A stretch of DNA of 64,000 nucleotides. Source: Octopus vulgaris. Its lineage: Eukaryota. The position numbers were made by a program, and so were the translations under genes. Below, in pieces: positions 1 to 13,751 of this stretch. Where the stretch lies: contig OX597814.1 of NCBI GenBank assembly GCA_951406725.2, forward strand, positions 71,796,001-71,860,000, written 5' to 3'. A model generated the notes under the pieces. That model did no database searches. It was not told the DNA's origin and saw nothing but the letters and a program-made list of their open reading frames with translations. Within the stretch, counting starts at the first letter, position 1. Every line of letters starts with the position of its first letter.

Positions 1-400
1 TTAAGCAAGTTAAATAGTAAATAAGATTTAGGGATTTGGAGAAATAGCAAGTCAGTGATAGATTGGTTCAGAGGAATTAGCCATAAGCGCAACTGCAAAT
101 CTACAAGAATAGGATAGCAACACATCTTGTCTGGCAATTGAAGGAGAATGACACCCGTCCTTTCAATATCAGCAGGACAGTTTTGGAACAAGCACCATCA
201 TACAAACATGGAGCCTATAGATGACCTATGAAATGTAATCTTTGCCTCTCAGAAATGTTCTTCATCCTGTTCCAGGGTAAACATGCATTGAAACAGAGAC
301 GTGAGCTCTTACATTCCTGCAGGCATGCTGTGAGGTTTAAAACATCAACTGAAAAATACCATATGGGTAAAATTTTTTGACTTCCACATTTGAATTTAGC
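1..400 (+). mobile_element. Decayed Penelope-like element fragments (RT piece and GIY-YIG C-terminal piece)
   Basis: Translated pieces LGIWRNSKSVIDWF and CNLCLSEMFFI resemble the PLE remnants at 4300-6600 and 28230-28640; many stops. Confidence 0.5.
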
Positions 401-491
401 TTTACACCTTATATATAGTTACATTTGTATTACAATGCTAGTTCATATTTTGACTTCACATTTATATTTTACATCCAACTTTTAAGAAGTT

Positions 492-2135
492 GGAAACTGG
501 AGATTGACGAATAGTTGATAAGGGCTGTACAGGCCATATACAGAGTAAGGTTAGGATTGGAAATGAGTATAGTGAACGATTCCAGGTAGAAGTAGGGGTC
601 CACCAAGGTTCAGCCCTCAGTCCCCTTTTATTCATCATAGTCCTCCAGGCAATAACAGAGGAATTCAAGACGGGTTGCCCCTGGGTGCTCCTCTATGCTG
701 ATGACCTGGCCCTCATAGCAAAATCACTACTGGAACTAGAAAAGAAATTTCGGGTATGGAAGCTAGGTTTAGAATCAAATGGCCTTAGAGTCAATGTAGC
801 AAAGACCAAAGTTCAAGTAAGGCAAACTCATCACACACACCCTCAGGTAGGTGGCCCTGCGCAATCTGTAGAAAAGGTGTAGGTAGAAAATACATAAGAT
901 GTACCCAGTGTAAGCTATGGACGCATAAGAGGTGCAGCAACATCAAAGGAAAATTAACCGAGAAGTTAGCTTTCAAGTGTGGCAGATACACTGGGGCAAT
1001 AGACACCACAGATACTCAGAAAACAGATTCCATCACACTCCAGGGGGAGAAACTAAAGGTAGTTGATAGCTTCCGATACCTAAGTGACCAAATTTGTAGT
1101 GGAGGTGGATGCTCAGAAAGTGTTACCACTAGAATAAGAATAACCTGGGCAAAGTTTAGAAGCTTCTACCTCTACTGGTGACAAAGAGTCTCTTGCTCAG
1201 TGTGAAAGGTAGATTGTACAATGCATGTGTGCAAACTGCCATGCTTCATAGCAGTGAAACATAGGCTGTGACTGCGGAGGACATGTGTAGGCTCGAAAGA
1301 AATGAAGCTAGCATGATCCACTGGATGTGTAATGTCAGTGTGCATACACGACAGAGCGTAAGCATCCTGAAAGAAATGTTGGACATAAGAAGTATCGGAT
1401 GAGGCGTGCAAGAGAGACGTTTGCGCTGGTATGGATGGATGAGGAGAGATGTGTGAATAAGTGCCACTCCCAAACAGTTGAAGGAATCCAGTGTAGAGAT
1501 AGACCCAGGAAGACATGGGATGAGGTGGTCAAGCATGACCTTCGAACGTTGGGCCTCACAGAGGCAATGACGAAAGACTGAGACCTCTGGAGATATGCTG
1601 TGACTGCGAAGATCCAACAAATAAAGTGAGTTCATGGCTGTATCCAACACAAGCTTCACATAACCAGCCCCAGCCCATTCAAAGTACCTTGGATCGCAGG
1701 ACGGCCTGCAGCACTTACCTTGGATCATAGGGTGACCTGCTGTGCTTGAGGAGACCTATTGAGTCAAGACATCAACATCAAAATAAAAATCAAATGGAGA
1801 TTGTAGTTGTGATATCCATGCCGGTGGCACGTAAAAAGCACCATCCAGACATGGCCAATGCCAGCGCCGCCTTGACTGGCTTCCTTGCTGGTGGCACATA
1901 AAAAGCACCAAGCGATTGTGGCCATTGCCAGCCTCCTCTGGCCCCTGTGCCAGTGGAACATAAAAAGCACCCACTACACTCACAGAGTGGTTGGTGTTAG
2001 GAAGGGCATCCAGCTGTAGAAACACTGCCAGATCAGACTGGAGCCCGGTGCAGCCTCCTGGCTTCCCAGACCTTGGTCGAACCGTCCAACCCATGCTAGC
2101 ATGGAAAACAGACATTAAACAATGATGATGATGAT
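492..2135 (+). mobile_element. 5'-truncated RTE-clade LINE (RT C-half, 3' UTR hairpin repeats, (GAT)n tail), degraded
   Basis: GVHQGSALSPLLF, LLYADDLALIA, RPRKTWDEVVKHDL; UTR units GTGCC-GGT-GGCAC-GTAAAAAGCACC; ends aatgatgatgatgat. Confidence 0.9.
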
Positions 2136-3055
2136 ATATTTACATATATATTTATTTGTATATTTGTATGCATGTCCATATGTGTCTGTATTTGTATGTA
2201 TGTTTGTATTTATGTAGATATGCATGTCATTTTTATATGTGTGCATTTTCAAGCTGAACGAAATATCAAACATTCGTTAGATACTTTTAGGAACACCAAC
2301 TTCCAAATCATCTTTCTCTCTACCTCTATCTATTCTTCTCTTTCTTTTTCTAATTTTCTGTTTCACATTCTTCTTTTCCATTTTACTTTCTACCATCATT
2401 TGTTATTCTCTCTGTTTTTCTTTAAGTTTTCTTCCTCTCGCCTGTAACAACTAAGTTGTATAAGCATACACCAGAAGATATTATGCGTGTGTGTGTACAT
2501 GGATACATATATATGCATTTGTATATATTTATGTTTTACCTATATTTGTCTGTATATGTATGTAGCCATGTACCAATGCTTGTATGTTTACTGTATATAC
2601 ATAAATATAGATTGTTTGGTATGTGTTTGTATTCCTAAATGTATATGTATTTCAGGATGTTATTTCTTTGTGAAAGTTTTTTTTTAAATGGATATATCTT
2701 TTAATTTATTTAAATTTATTATTATCATTTTTTTATCACTAATTATTTACCTTGGGTATTCAGGTCTTTTTCGTTCTACATAAGCTCTTTTTGATCTAAC
2801 GTTTTCTTCGATTTTTATATCATGATTTTAAACCACAATTATAATTTCATGCAACTGGTTATTGAAAAGACTACTGGTTTTGAGGACCAATAAAACAAAA
2901 CTATTTTCAAATGTGCAGCTATCAAAGTAATTGTATATTTATACATATAACCTTATTTTGTTTCATTCTAAACAACACTGTCCAACAATTGGGAACGTAA
3001 AACTTTGTGTAACAGTTTTTTGTGATATAAAAATATCTGCTATTTTTAATAAAGC

Positions 3056-3109
<54 letters not shown>

Positions 3110-3527
3110 ATTAGTTAATAAATCATATAGTATACACCTGGTAGCTTCCCAGTAAAGCATGTTCACTGGCTCAGTGTTCATTGGGTGTGTAATTCATGAG
3201 AGAGGCAGATGGAAGATACGATAATCTTTATTAATCACTACAAACATTTCAACCCATCTAGCCTCTATCTCTTGCAACTGGGATGGATACTGCACAACTG
3301 GTTTAGCCTTTCCTCACTTTAAAAAAAATCTTCTTGCACAGGCATTGTACGATAACAACATTGATTAAGCTTCGTGCAATGGCCATACTCGATAACGAGG
3401 GGGCAGCTACCATCCATGCATGCATGTATTTATGTATGTATGTATGTATGTATGTATGCATGCATGCATGCATGTAACATACGTATGTATGTATGCATGC
3501 ATATATATAATGTGAGTGTATAGAGAT

Positions 3528-6500
3528 AAGATTATCCAGGTGGGTACTGTGGTAGCTCTCTGGTATATTCCAGGTTACAGCTAACAGCATCAAGCAGTAC
3601 TAAGTAGCAATGATCAGTAAGTATTAGCAATCTCACTGTAATCCTTCCAATGGGTAACTACAGGTTAGTTTCCCTGGATTATGAATAATATCAGGAGTGT
3701 AGATTTCAGATAATTCTAAAGAATATGGAGATAGGTACATCATCAAAATCTAATTTTACAGTCAGTCATACAGCATAATTATTTGGTTGCAATGACCAAC
3801 ATGTGTTTATGTTGCACAGAGTATGTGCAGTTGCACAGAGCATGTGCAGTTGCACAGAGTATGTGCAGTTGCACAAGCAACCCAGTATGATCTTTTGTGC
3901 ACCTTCATTCAAGGTCCTTCAGCAGGTGTGGTTCAAAACAAACTCAGTTGATTTATTTACATGTGCCTAATTTTAGATACCAAGTGAAGTGATGGGGGAT
4001 ATGTTGAAATCTGATACAGCTACCAAAATTATATCTAGAATGACCTCTACTTAATACCAGTGCAGAGTGGAAAGCAGGGGTTTAATCTATGCTGAATTTA
4101 GGTTAAATCATATCTAGGCATTTTAACACGGTTTTTCCTAGAGTTAAAGGTGATTGAAAAGAAATGCTGTTAAAATTAGTTACTTTGATAGGATTTCATC
4201 AATATAACTTATAGTTTTACACTGTTTAATTGAGTTTTAGTGTTATTTATAGATTTCGATACCTTAATTTGTCACTATGATATCAAATTACCCGATATCT
4301 GCATGAAAATGGTTTTCCCATGCATGTATAAATATCTGAAGGCCTGTTCTTGTCTACTATTAAGTAATTTATGTTTGGATGTAAGAATCTAGTACATTTC
4401 TTTTATGCACAAATCACATCTCTTTCCCTCTGTTCTATATGAAGTAGCTGTACTAATTTTATCCCATTCTATACTAAAGTTAGTGTTCCTGTCTTTGAGG
4501 GACTGGATTAACTTGCAAGCTCATGCTATTCATCTTATTTTTATCCTAAAATGAATTTACATAATTTGCCAGTCAAATTAAAGCTTGTCAAGACTCAACC
4601 TATATATAGAAGTAGGAAAATTTTATTTGTTCCACAATTACAAAGATTTCTATCCTTGTTATCATTACCTATGTTAGTGGTGCTCATATTACATCTCCTC
4701 AGTGTTTGTATATCTAATGGTCTACTATTATTTGTATTCTGGTTATTGTCTAGGGTTTCCATACTGCTATTTCTAGCAGTCCCTTGATCTGCTCCAGTTG
4801 GGATAGAGGTTGTGGGTGTTGCGTTGCATCCCCCTGCACTACTCGCTACTCTTGAGCTATCTTCTCCCTGGTTGTATTTAATTGTAGTGTTTGTGATCAA
4901 CCCTGCTGTCTACAAAATATTCTGGCCCTCTATTCTTGGTTACTACTATTATTATGCCTGCTATTAAAGTAATTTCCCTTATCTATCTCATTATTATCAC
5001 CAGCTCTCTGGAAACTAGATAGTCTCCTAGCATTGTGTGCTGTTATGACTTCATCATCATCATCATCTAACATCCATTTTCCATGCTGACATACACTGGA
5101 TGGTTTGACAGGAGCTGGCCAGCTGAAGACCTGTGTGGGTTCCATATCTGTTTTGGCATGGTTTCTACAGTTGGATGCCCTTCCTAATGACAACCACTTT
5201 ACAGCAAGTACTGAGTACTTTTATGCAGCATCAACACATGCGCTTTTACATGGCACCAACATGGGTGCTTTTATGTGGCACCGGCATGGGTGCATTTTAC
5301 GTGGAGCTAATGTATTATTATAGTATCTCTCATTAATTTTAGATATTTCTTCATTAGCTGACAGTCTAGATATGCAGGTGGAAATGTTATTGACTATGGA
5401 TCCAGTTACACTGTTGGAGTGATTACTATTAAAGTTGATGATTTTAAGCTTTCATTAGGTTTATGGTACAGTTTAAATAAAACCTATACTCAGATCTAAT
5501 GTAATGTCTAAGAATTTAACTACAGTATGCTCTTCCTCTACAGAGACAGATAATCCTAAACCTTTGAGGAACTTGAATTTTTCCTATGTTTTCTATTTTA
5601 ACGTTAGTAGCTTTGTATAAAGCTATTGATGCAGAATAAGATGTATATCTCTATTAGGTCAGTCGTCTGAATGGAGTCACTAGATCCCATGGTAATATCA
5701 AACATATTTGGCCTATCCTTTCTAACCCAGTACTTTCCCTCAAATTTTGTAATAGATTTCCTAGCTGCTAATATGACATCTATTTGGACAGATTAGAGTT
5801 TTTCATAGCAAAACGTAATGTTTTGTTGAGAAGAATGGGGTTAATGGAGGCATAGTAGTTAGAGATATCTAGTTGGATGAATTTCGTTTGTTTTTTTGTT
5901 ACCTATTCTACTGAACCTATCAATTACTTCATATGAGCTAGACCAGAGATTAAGTTTTATGGTGTTCTAAGGTGTGGGTATGTATTTATCAATAATGTGT
6001 TTGTTAATCTTACCTAAATCAGATTTTGATGGGCACATCAGTCCTACAGAAGGGTTAGTAGTGAAGTTAGGACTATGGTCTTTCAGTGTTATATGAGTGG
6101 TTCTGGGCAGGTATGGTTCAGTCCTGTACTTTAATTTAAATTTTTCAATAATTTTTTTAGCCTGTAAATCTAGGTTAGTTATTTTATCAACATAAGTTAT
6201 TTTATAGTTTTTTAGTATTTTTTTATTAAGCAAAGAGTGGTATAAGATGAATTCTAAGAGGTACAAGTTACCAGTTTTGCCCACATGCATTCTAGTTTAC
6301 TTTTTGGGTTCCTTCACTAGTATGAATAACTTCCTTAGGTTCCTTCCCAAGGGGAATTTGTGGAATCTAATGTTCTTTATTATATTCCAAAGTTTGTCCC
6401 CAAACCTTACTAGTTTCAGATTTGGTGGTGCAAATTTCCAAGTTCTAAATAGATGCTGCATTATCTCATCATTTGTGGTGTTGTGTCTTCTCTCTTCTTC

Positions 6501-7396
6501 CCAATCAAAATGGTATGTGCACCACTTCATGTGGCATATAAAGGAATTGGTATTTTTGATGAGATCTTTTAAATATTTTTCAGGGTGACAACATATGTAA
6601 GTTTCTCCATATTATGGTAGACTACTTTAGTAGCTTATAATGCAAGAATTAATAATAAGAATTAAAAATTATCCAAGCGGGTATTATTGTACCTCGCAGA
6701 TATACTCCAAGTTATGACTAACTGCATCAAGTAGTACTAAGTTTCAATGATCACTGAGTATTAGCACTCCTGCTGTAGTTCTTCTGATGGATAACTTCAG
6801 GTTCACTTCCCTGGATTATGAATACTATCAGGAGTTGAGATTTCAAACTATTATAAGGAATAGGGAGACAGGTACATGTACAGTTATGGAAACCTATAAC
6901 ACCAAAACTCAACTACAAAGTGCACAAATATAAAATTTATTGATGAAACTCTATCAACATAACTAAGTTTAACTACAATTCTTTTCAATCTCCTTTAACC
7001 CTAGGAAAAACCACGTTAGAAAAACCACGTCTAGATATGATTTGACCTAATTCAACATAGATTAATCCCCCGTTTTCTGCTCTGCATTAGTGTTAAGTAG
7101 AGGTTGTTCTAGATATAAATTTTGTAGCCATATCAGACTTCAACATATCCCCCATCAATTCACTTGGTATCTAAAATTAGGCACATGTAAATAAATCAAC
7201 TCAGTTCATTTTGAACCACGCTTACTGAAGAGCCCTGAACAAAAGTGCACAGAAAATTATGCTGGGTTGCTTGTGCAACTGCACATGCTCTGGGCAGCAT
7301 AAACACTTGTTGGTCATTGTAACCAAATAATTATGCTGTATGACCAACTGTAAAATTAAAAGAAAATAAATTTTGATAATGTACCAATCTCCATAT
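3528..7396 (-). mobile_element. Degraded Penelope-like element with direct and inverted pseudo-LTRs
   Basis: Minus-strand remnants HVGKTGNLY, LMCPSKSDLGKINK, FDITMGSSDS (RT), LCNCG linker, SIEWDKIS..RCDLCIKE (GIY-YIG end); 3530-3740 recurs directly at 6670-6876; 3723-4245 recurs inverted at 6900-7396. Confidence 0.75.
5051..5300 (-). mobile_element. RTE 3'-tail fragment nested in the PLE
   Basis: (CAT)n then ccattttccatgctg...ggatgcccttcctaa, the same tail as other RTE copies. Confidence 0.8.
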
Positions 7397-9461
7397 TTTT
7401 TATGCCAGTATGGAAAACAGACATTAAAATGATGATGATGATATATCACTTAGGATGTGGAAAGTGGGGTTGAGTGTGGGATCTCAAAATAAGATTGACT
7501 TCATAGCACTAGCTGTCAGGAAAAGCTTTTCAGCCAATACAACAGAATGTAGCAGAAGTGGTTGGAGGGGGATGAGTGAATGCAACAGAGATAAAAAAAA
7601 AAAACAGCTAACAGAATTTAATATAAAAAGGTGGGGTCTGGTAAAAAGTTACACATGCAAGGTTTATCTTGAGACAATGAAATATATATCATAGAAAATG
7701 TGGCTGAAGTTTTCATGAAGTAGCCAACAGATGCGACCCAGATATGGTTTTTTTTTTTTGCTATCTATCTCTTAGTTCTGCTTATTCAATGAATATATTA
7801 TTCAATGTAAATTTCATTTCCTTTCTTCAAACTACTTCTAACTTTCCCAACCTCCTTCAAAAGAGATAACATAAGCAATCTCTTCTTCCTCAGAAGCTCT
7901 ATTCCACCTAATCAACAACAACTGAAAATATTCCAATTCTATATGCTGCACCAGTCATTTAATTTCCAGCAGTACTTTTATAAATAGCCCAGAATGCGAA
8001 TTTCAAGTCATTGACCATTTTAACAAACTCTGACCAACCATCTTTTGCATGACTTGTAAATCTTGTAAATTTTTATGAGGATGAAACCAGTTATCATCAG
8101 GGTGGTAACTTGAGCATGCACATATTCTGCTTTTGAAATAACACCATGAACTCTCCAAACAAATAACTGGACTGCACATTTCAATCTTCCAGGAATAGAA
8201 CTGTTCTTCAGTTTACAGGGGTTTCTTACACCATGGCTAAATCTACACAAACAAGTGCAGAGAAAAACATCGTAGAACTTCTCATAATCAACTTCCTTCC
8301 TCTTTAATATATTTACAATTGTACAACTTTGTTTTGTTATATTTTCTCTTTTCCCCACCCTTCTTCACTATTTGAAATTATCAATGCCCCCCCCCCTCGC
8401 CCCAGTTGTTGTCCCTTCTGATCTTTTTCCTTGCTTTTACTAGTTTTCATACATACCAGTGCTCACAATGATTGTCTTCTGCTTTTTATTGTTTTCTTCT
8501 CCCTAATAGTTAACTATATCCTTTTTATCCCATCCCTTAGTCTACACTATTTTTCTCCCTACCCACTATCGTTAGAAAACATTTTTCTCCCCACCCACTA
8601 TCATCAGAAAACATTACTTTGCAGTAAGTGTTCTTCTTTCTCAGTGGATATCATTTAATTCCATCACTTTAACTGTTTATACATAATAATTGTTGACACA
8701 GACCATCACTAGATTCTTTAAATCCTACTGTTTACACATAATTTACACTGTTTTCTTTCTTTTTTCTTTTATTTTCTTTTTTTTTTGTTTATCTCATTTT
8801 CCATCAACTACACAGCATGGAACACTGTCAAAATTCGTTTCAATGTCAATAAATACAAGAACTATTTTCTTTTGAAGTGTTCATAAAAAATATAGCATGT
8901 GTAACTGTACAGCTCCTTCTAATTTAAAACATTTTAGGTAGCTAACTTCCACCCTAAACTAGAATTATTGGTACTTTCTTAATAGTAAATAGTTGAATTC
9001 CTTAGTCATTTTCTTTGTCTTGAGCAGTTAATAATGATGTTATACATTTTGCATTATAAAATCACTGGTACTTTATACTCCTCTCAAAAGTGCTTTCAAC
9101 ATTCAGTAAGATGTCTTGAAATTACAGTCTCTTCATTGTCTTAATTGATTTGAAAACTGCCCAAGTTCTACAATTATCATCTTTGTTGAGTCCAAATAGC
9201 AGGCATATTTTTCGTTAAGCAACTTCTCATTGTCAATGAGAACAAGTACATCCATTTCTTTTAGTTTACTGTTTTCTTCTTTCTAGACATTCTAAGCCTG
9301 AATTCCTCAAACCCCAATGTCGAAGGCTAGCCACACACTTGGAACTCAGAGTACCAAGGAGTCTGAATCAAACTGTTTTGATCTGTACTAATTGTTGATA
9401 CAATAAATGTGTTGAGTGCCCTTCTTTTTTTTTGTCTACTCACTTGTATACACACACACAC

Positions 9462-9716
9462 CAGAGCGTCGGCTGCGGGGTCATTCTGAAAAGTTCTATC
9501 TGCGACGATTTCATCTCAATCCGGGTTGCAGATCCGTGGAACAAGCTGCCAGACGAGATGGTGAAGATGCCGACGACCGCTTTGTTCAAAGTCTCCCTTG
9601 ACCTCAAGTGGCCTGAACTCTTTACATGAACACCGCCCTGTACATAACTCCATGTCCCCCTACATGGCCTTGCTTTTTGCTTTTTGAGCCAAAAATTAAC
9701 TAACCAACTAACTAAC
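9462..9716 (+). mobile_element. 3' end of a CR1/L2-group LINE
   Basis: RRLRGH and RVADPWNKLPDEMVKMPTTALFKVSLD, typical of the ORF2 C-terminus; (AACT)n tail. Confidence 0.75.
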
Positions 9717-9729
9717 ACACACATATACA

Positions 9730-10212
9730 CTAGCAGCTAAGCCTGGTTTCACACAGTCAGTTTGGATGATGTGGCTGTAAAACCTGCTCTGTGTAAGCAT
9801 TCAACTTCTTTGGGCACACTTACGTTAAAAAACAATTTTAGAATGACTTTTTCTGTCAAAACGCTAAAAATAACAACTGACCAACAAAAGAAACAATCAA
9901 GATTCAACCAAATCAAAAAAATAAACCCAAATACTAAACTAAGAAAGCTGAACCATCCCACTTCCATCGTGCGCACACACGCGCAAACACACACACACAC
10001 AAACACACATGCGTGCACGCACACACATATTCACATGCTTTCCTTTTACATACACACACATATATTCACACAGAGTTGAAACGCTGTTTGATTTAATTTT
10101 TCAGTGCACAATTTTCAAGTACCAAGTATGACGTCACACCTTCCTTCCTTCCTTATTCATCTATCACCCCTTCCTTTCTCATTCATAAACACAAAAATAT
10201 TATTATAGTAGA
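9730..10212 (-). mobile_element. Non-autonomous Helitron
   Basis: Minus strand begins TCTACTATAATA and ends GCTAG, inserted between A and T; similar 3' end at about 41999. Confidence 0.6.
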
Positions 10213-10355
10213 TTATCTCGGTAGAAAAATACAAAGCCCAGCATCACCACTGGATCATTCTGCACATCTGTGCAATTTTTTGCACAATTCCACCCAGCCA
10301 TTTGACCATGAATCCCAAGACAAGAAAGAATTGCCCATGTCAAATTTATATGTTT

Positions 10356-10405
<50 letters not shown>

Positions 10406-10419
10406 GTGCGTTTCTGCAT

Positions 10420-10710
10420 TTGGCCCCTTGCTTGACAACCAATGCTGGTGTGTTTATGTTTCCATACCAAAGAATAAGTTTTGGGGTTGATTTTAAGGTT
10501 GAGCTCCAGTTTGGCAGCAGTCAAACGACTGAAACAAGTAAAAGAATAAAAGAATTTCTTCAGTAATTAAATGTTGATGCTATTTGCTCCCAAGGCTTTG
10601 GTCAGCCTCAGGTGATAATACATGACACTTGCCCAAGGTGCCACACACTGGAACTGAACCTGGAACCATGCAATTGGGAAGGAAACTGCTGACCACAGAA
10701 CCATGTGAGC
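10420..10710. mobile_element. Two fragments of the tRNA-derived SINE in opposite orientations
   Basis: gcttgacaacc...gactgaaacaagtaaaaga (+) and acttgcccaaggtgcca...gaacctggaaccatg (-) match the SINE at 48217-48617. Confidence 0.7.
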
Positions 10711-11312
10711 ACCTAGTAGCCATGCCTGCACCTAGCTGCCAGAAAATATCTTCATGGAATGTACCAAATGTAATATATCAAGCTTACTCCACATTAAACC
10801 AGGGCTATAGAAGGATTGGAATTCAGCAATACAAGTGAATAACATTGAGGCAATCACTAATTGCCTCACTATTTACTATAAGGGGCAGCATCCTCTTATG
10901 CTATCTATTTATTACAAAGTAGACTTAGTCATTTGAGAATCAATTTTCTTAAGGATGAACAGTAATATACTAGTGAGGGATAACCAATCATCTAAGTCCG
11001 CAGCTCTAGACAAATAAGTGTAATACAAAGCAACTGAGTTTAACTATGAAACCAACTGCTGCTTTCCAATATAAGTGATACCAATGTATTCAAGAAAGGA
11101 AACAAATAACAAATTTTAGAGTGGTCTAATAACTAGTGCTATGTTAAAAATTGCAATTTTCTTAATAAAAAATAAACTGGTACATAAACACATATTTCCA
11201 AACTAAAGTATAGGATAAAAGAAGAGTTTAGTAATTTATAGAAGATAGACAAGTATGGAGACTTAATAAATGAATTTAAAAATAATACAAGGTAGAATGC
11301 TTCACTACTTAC

Positions 11313-11840
11313 AGCAGAACAATCCGAACAACTGACATAATCACTACAAACAGGACACTCTGCTATATTGGTTATTAACAGATGATGAGCCATATCTCCT
11401 TTGCATTTGTCTTTAATTTCATTGTCAGTAAATTTGTTATTTGATATTTCAGTGTCATTTTCATCTCTTAATACACAACTTCTAGTCTCTACACACCATC
11501 CACAAGCATTGTCTGACAGACAACCAAGGCAATTATAATGCTGATCACAATTTCCTTCATAATAAGGCTGAAGGAACTCATAAGTAAGAGCTTGTTCATC
11601 AACTTCATTTTTTTGACGGAGATTGTTCTTTTTCTGTCGTATATTATTCCAAGTAATGTCAATGGTTGACTTGAATTCAGTGACACTATTTTGTGATGTA
11701 GTAATGTTGAGCTGTGCTTCAAGATCAACATAATATTTTGCACCTCTACTTCTATTTGTAAAAAGCCTTGAATCACCAATTCGTCTAGCTTTGTAAGCAA
11801 CAGATTTTTCATATCGATCACCGCTACCAGTTACTTTCTC
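11313..11840 (-). CDS. MEGF8: MEGF8-like exon (PSI domains), 528 nt, phase 0-0
   Basis: tttttcag|GAG...GCT|gtaagt; 176 open codons EKVTGS...SRLFTNRSRGAKYYVD...YEFLQPYYEGNCDQHYNCLGCLSDNACGWCVETRSCVLR...ECPVCSDYVSCSDCSA; matches my recall of vertebrate MEGF8 (FLEPY..C..Y.SCLGCLADQGCGWC). Confidence 0.88.
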
Positions 11841-13532
11841 CTGAAAAAGATGGAGCCGAAAAGTTTTTAAAAAATAAGATAACTTTAGAAAATAGTTTGA
11901 AAATTTACCAAAATAATTTCTATAATAAAAAAAAAATCAAATGTAATTATTAAGTTGCTAACATTGATTTTTTTTTTTTATGATGAATAAACAATGCAAC
12001 TGCTCTTAATATGTGACATCATAATGAATAAATTAATATTATAAATAAGCTAACTTATACAATTTAAACAAAAAAGTCAATATAGACAAAAATATAACTA
12101 GGAAGAAAATAGGAAATGCATGCAGAAATGACTAAGTAATCAAATCTTTACCAAATCACACCCAACTGTCTTAAAAAGGACAAGAACACATTTGATAATG
12201 TAGTCCTAATAATCCCCAAAAGAGACAATGTGGTCTTTGCTAGAATGCATTTAATGATAGATCTATCCAATCAATATTGAACAGCAGTAAAACAACAAAA
12301 AACTGTGCAAAGAAAATAGAAAAAGAAATAAGAAACATTCCAGTATATATTTTTGAATATATATTTAATTACTTAATTTAAATAAAATTATTCAATATAT
12401 TTATAAAAGTAAGTGCATATATGTATATCTGAATGCACAAAATACCATTAATGTATGCAAACACAGTGCACACAAATATATGTACACATTACCACTGGGG
12501 TAAAATTCTTAATTAACTGAAGTTGCATCCGAGTCAAGAATCAAGGATTAAAAATTGATTTATTCTTTCCATCAATTAATTTCATGAAACTAGCAAATAT
12601 GTCGCATTTTAGTTTTTTCTAGTAAATAAAAACCATACAGGTTTGCTAACATTCTTGATAACCAGGCAGTTGCTCAAGCAACTTGTGTTTAAGATAATAT
12701 CAAAATGTCATTGAAACACACCCAGCAAATCATATTTGACTCTTTTCTCTCTAGTCTTTACATGCCCAACAAGTTTGCTAGGATTCAGTTTTGATAGCAT
12801 CACTCCACAGAGGCATTGAAGCACATTTTCAAAGTCTATTTTTCTGTATGTTATACAAAAATTTCACATATGTATGTGGATGACATTTGCAGACAGAAGG
12901 TTAGGTGGTGTCCATATTGTGAGAAGTAATACTGAGCATGTCATTAATTTTCTGAAGTGTATGAAAAATAATCAGAAACTCAAATGCACTAAATTTTATT
13001 AAAAAAAAAAGGTAGAAGAAAGTTTTATTGATACACACTGCGGTAAAATAAGCCCAGAGCTAACTTCTAATTCAAGAGAGAAAAAAATTAATTATCTATG
13101 ATTAAGTAAATGATTCTTATGTTATGTGTGTCAAATGTTTTGACGATGTCAAGAGAAAAAGCCTTGCTTTTACTATAAAACAAAGAAAATATATTTCTAG
13201 CACATCTGACTCTACTAAAAGTGAACTAATTAGGAAAAAGGATTACAGGTTATGAAAGAGGTGATTATTTACAGCAGTTCCAATCATGTTAGAAATATTG
13301 GGAGTTAGAATGATATACTGCTAATTAACAGTGTCAGGGAGATCAATTTTATTTGGAGATAGAAATAATCTCAAATTTTCTCCAAATTTGAGATTATTTT
13401 AAAGTAGAAGTCAACAACAATAATAATAATAATAATAGCAATGATCCAAAACTATGATAAATTAAATGAAAGGCAACTTAAATTTTATTATTTTAAAACT
13501 CATAAAAATTATTCATGAAAAATGTCACATAC

Positions 13533-13751
13533 CTTATTTTTTTTGTATTTGTCTTTGCTTAAATATAATGTAATTTTAGCAGACGAGGTTCCAACTGTAA
13601 GCACAAGTGATTTGTTGTCATTTGGGGGTGGAAATTGTAGAGGATATATGAAGCCAGTATAATGGGCAACGTAAAAACCATTTTGGTCAACATCCTTTGC
13701 TAAGGTTGATTCAAATTTAAGATGACTCGCTGTTTCTCGAATGATCTCAGC
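13533..13751 (-). CDS. MEGF8: MEGF8-like exon, 219 nt, phase 0-0
   Basis: ttttctag|GCT...AAG|gtatg; AEIIRETASHLKFESTLAKDVDQNGFYVAHYTGFIYPLQFPPPNDNKSLVLTVGTSSAKITLYLSKDKYKKNK; compare recalled MEGF8 VYRGFIYP. Confidence 0.85.

Noticed and set aside
8020-8358. 112-aa minus ORF as next MEGF8 exon
   Set aside because: No expected CEW/PSI cysteine pattern and no convincing splice sites
11489-11821. 110-aa ORF in the track
   Set aside because: Alternative frame overlapping the MEGF8-like exon; the Cys-rich frame fits the splice phases
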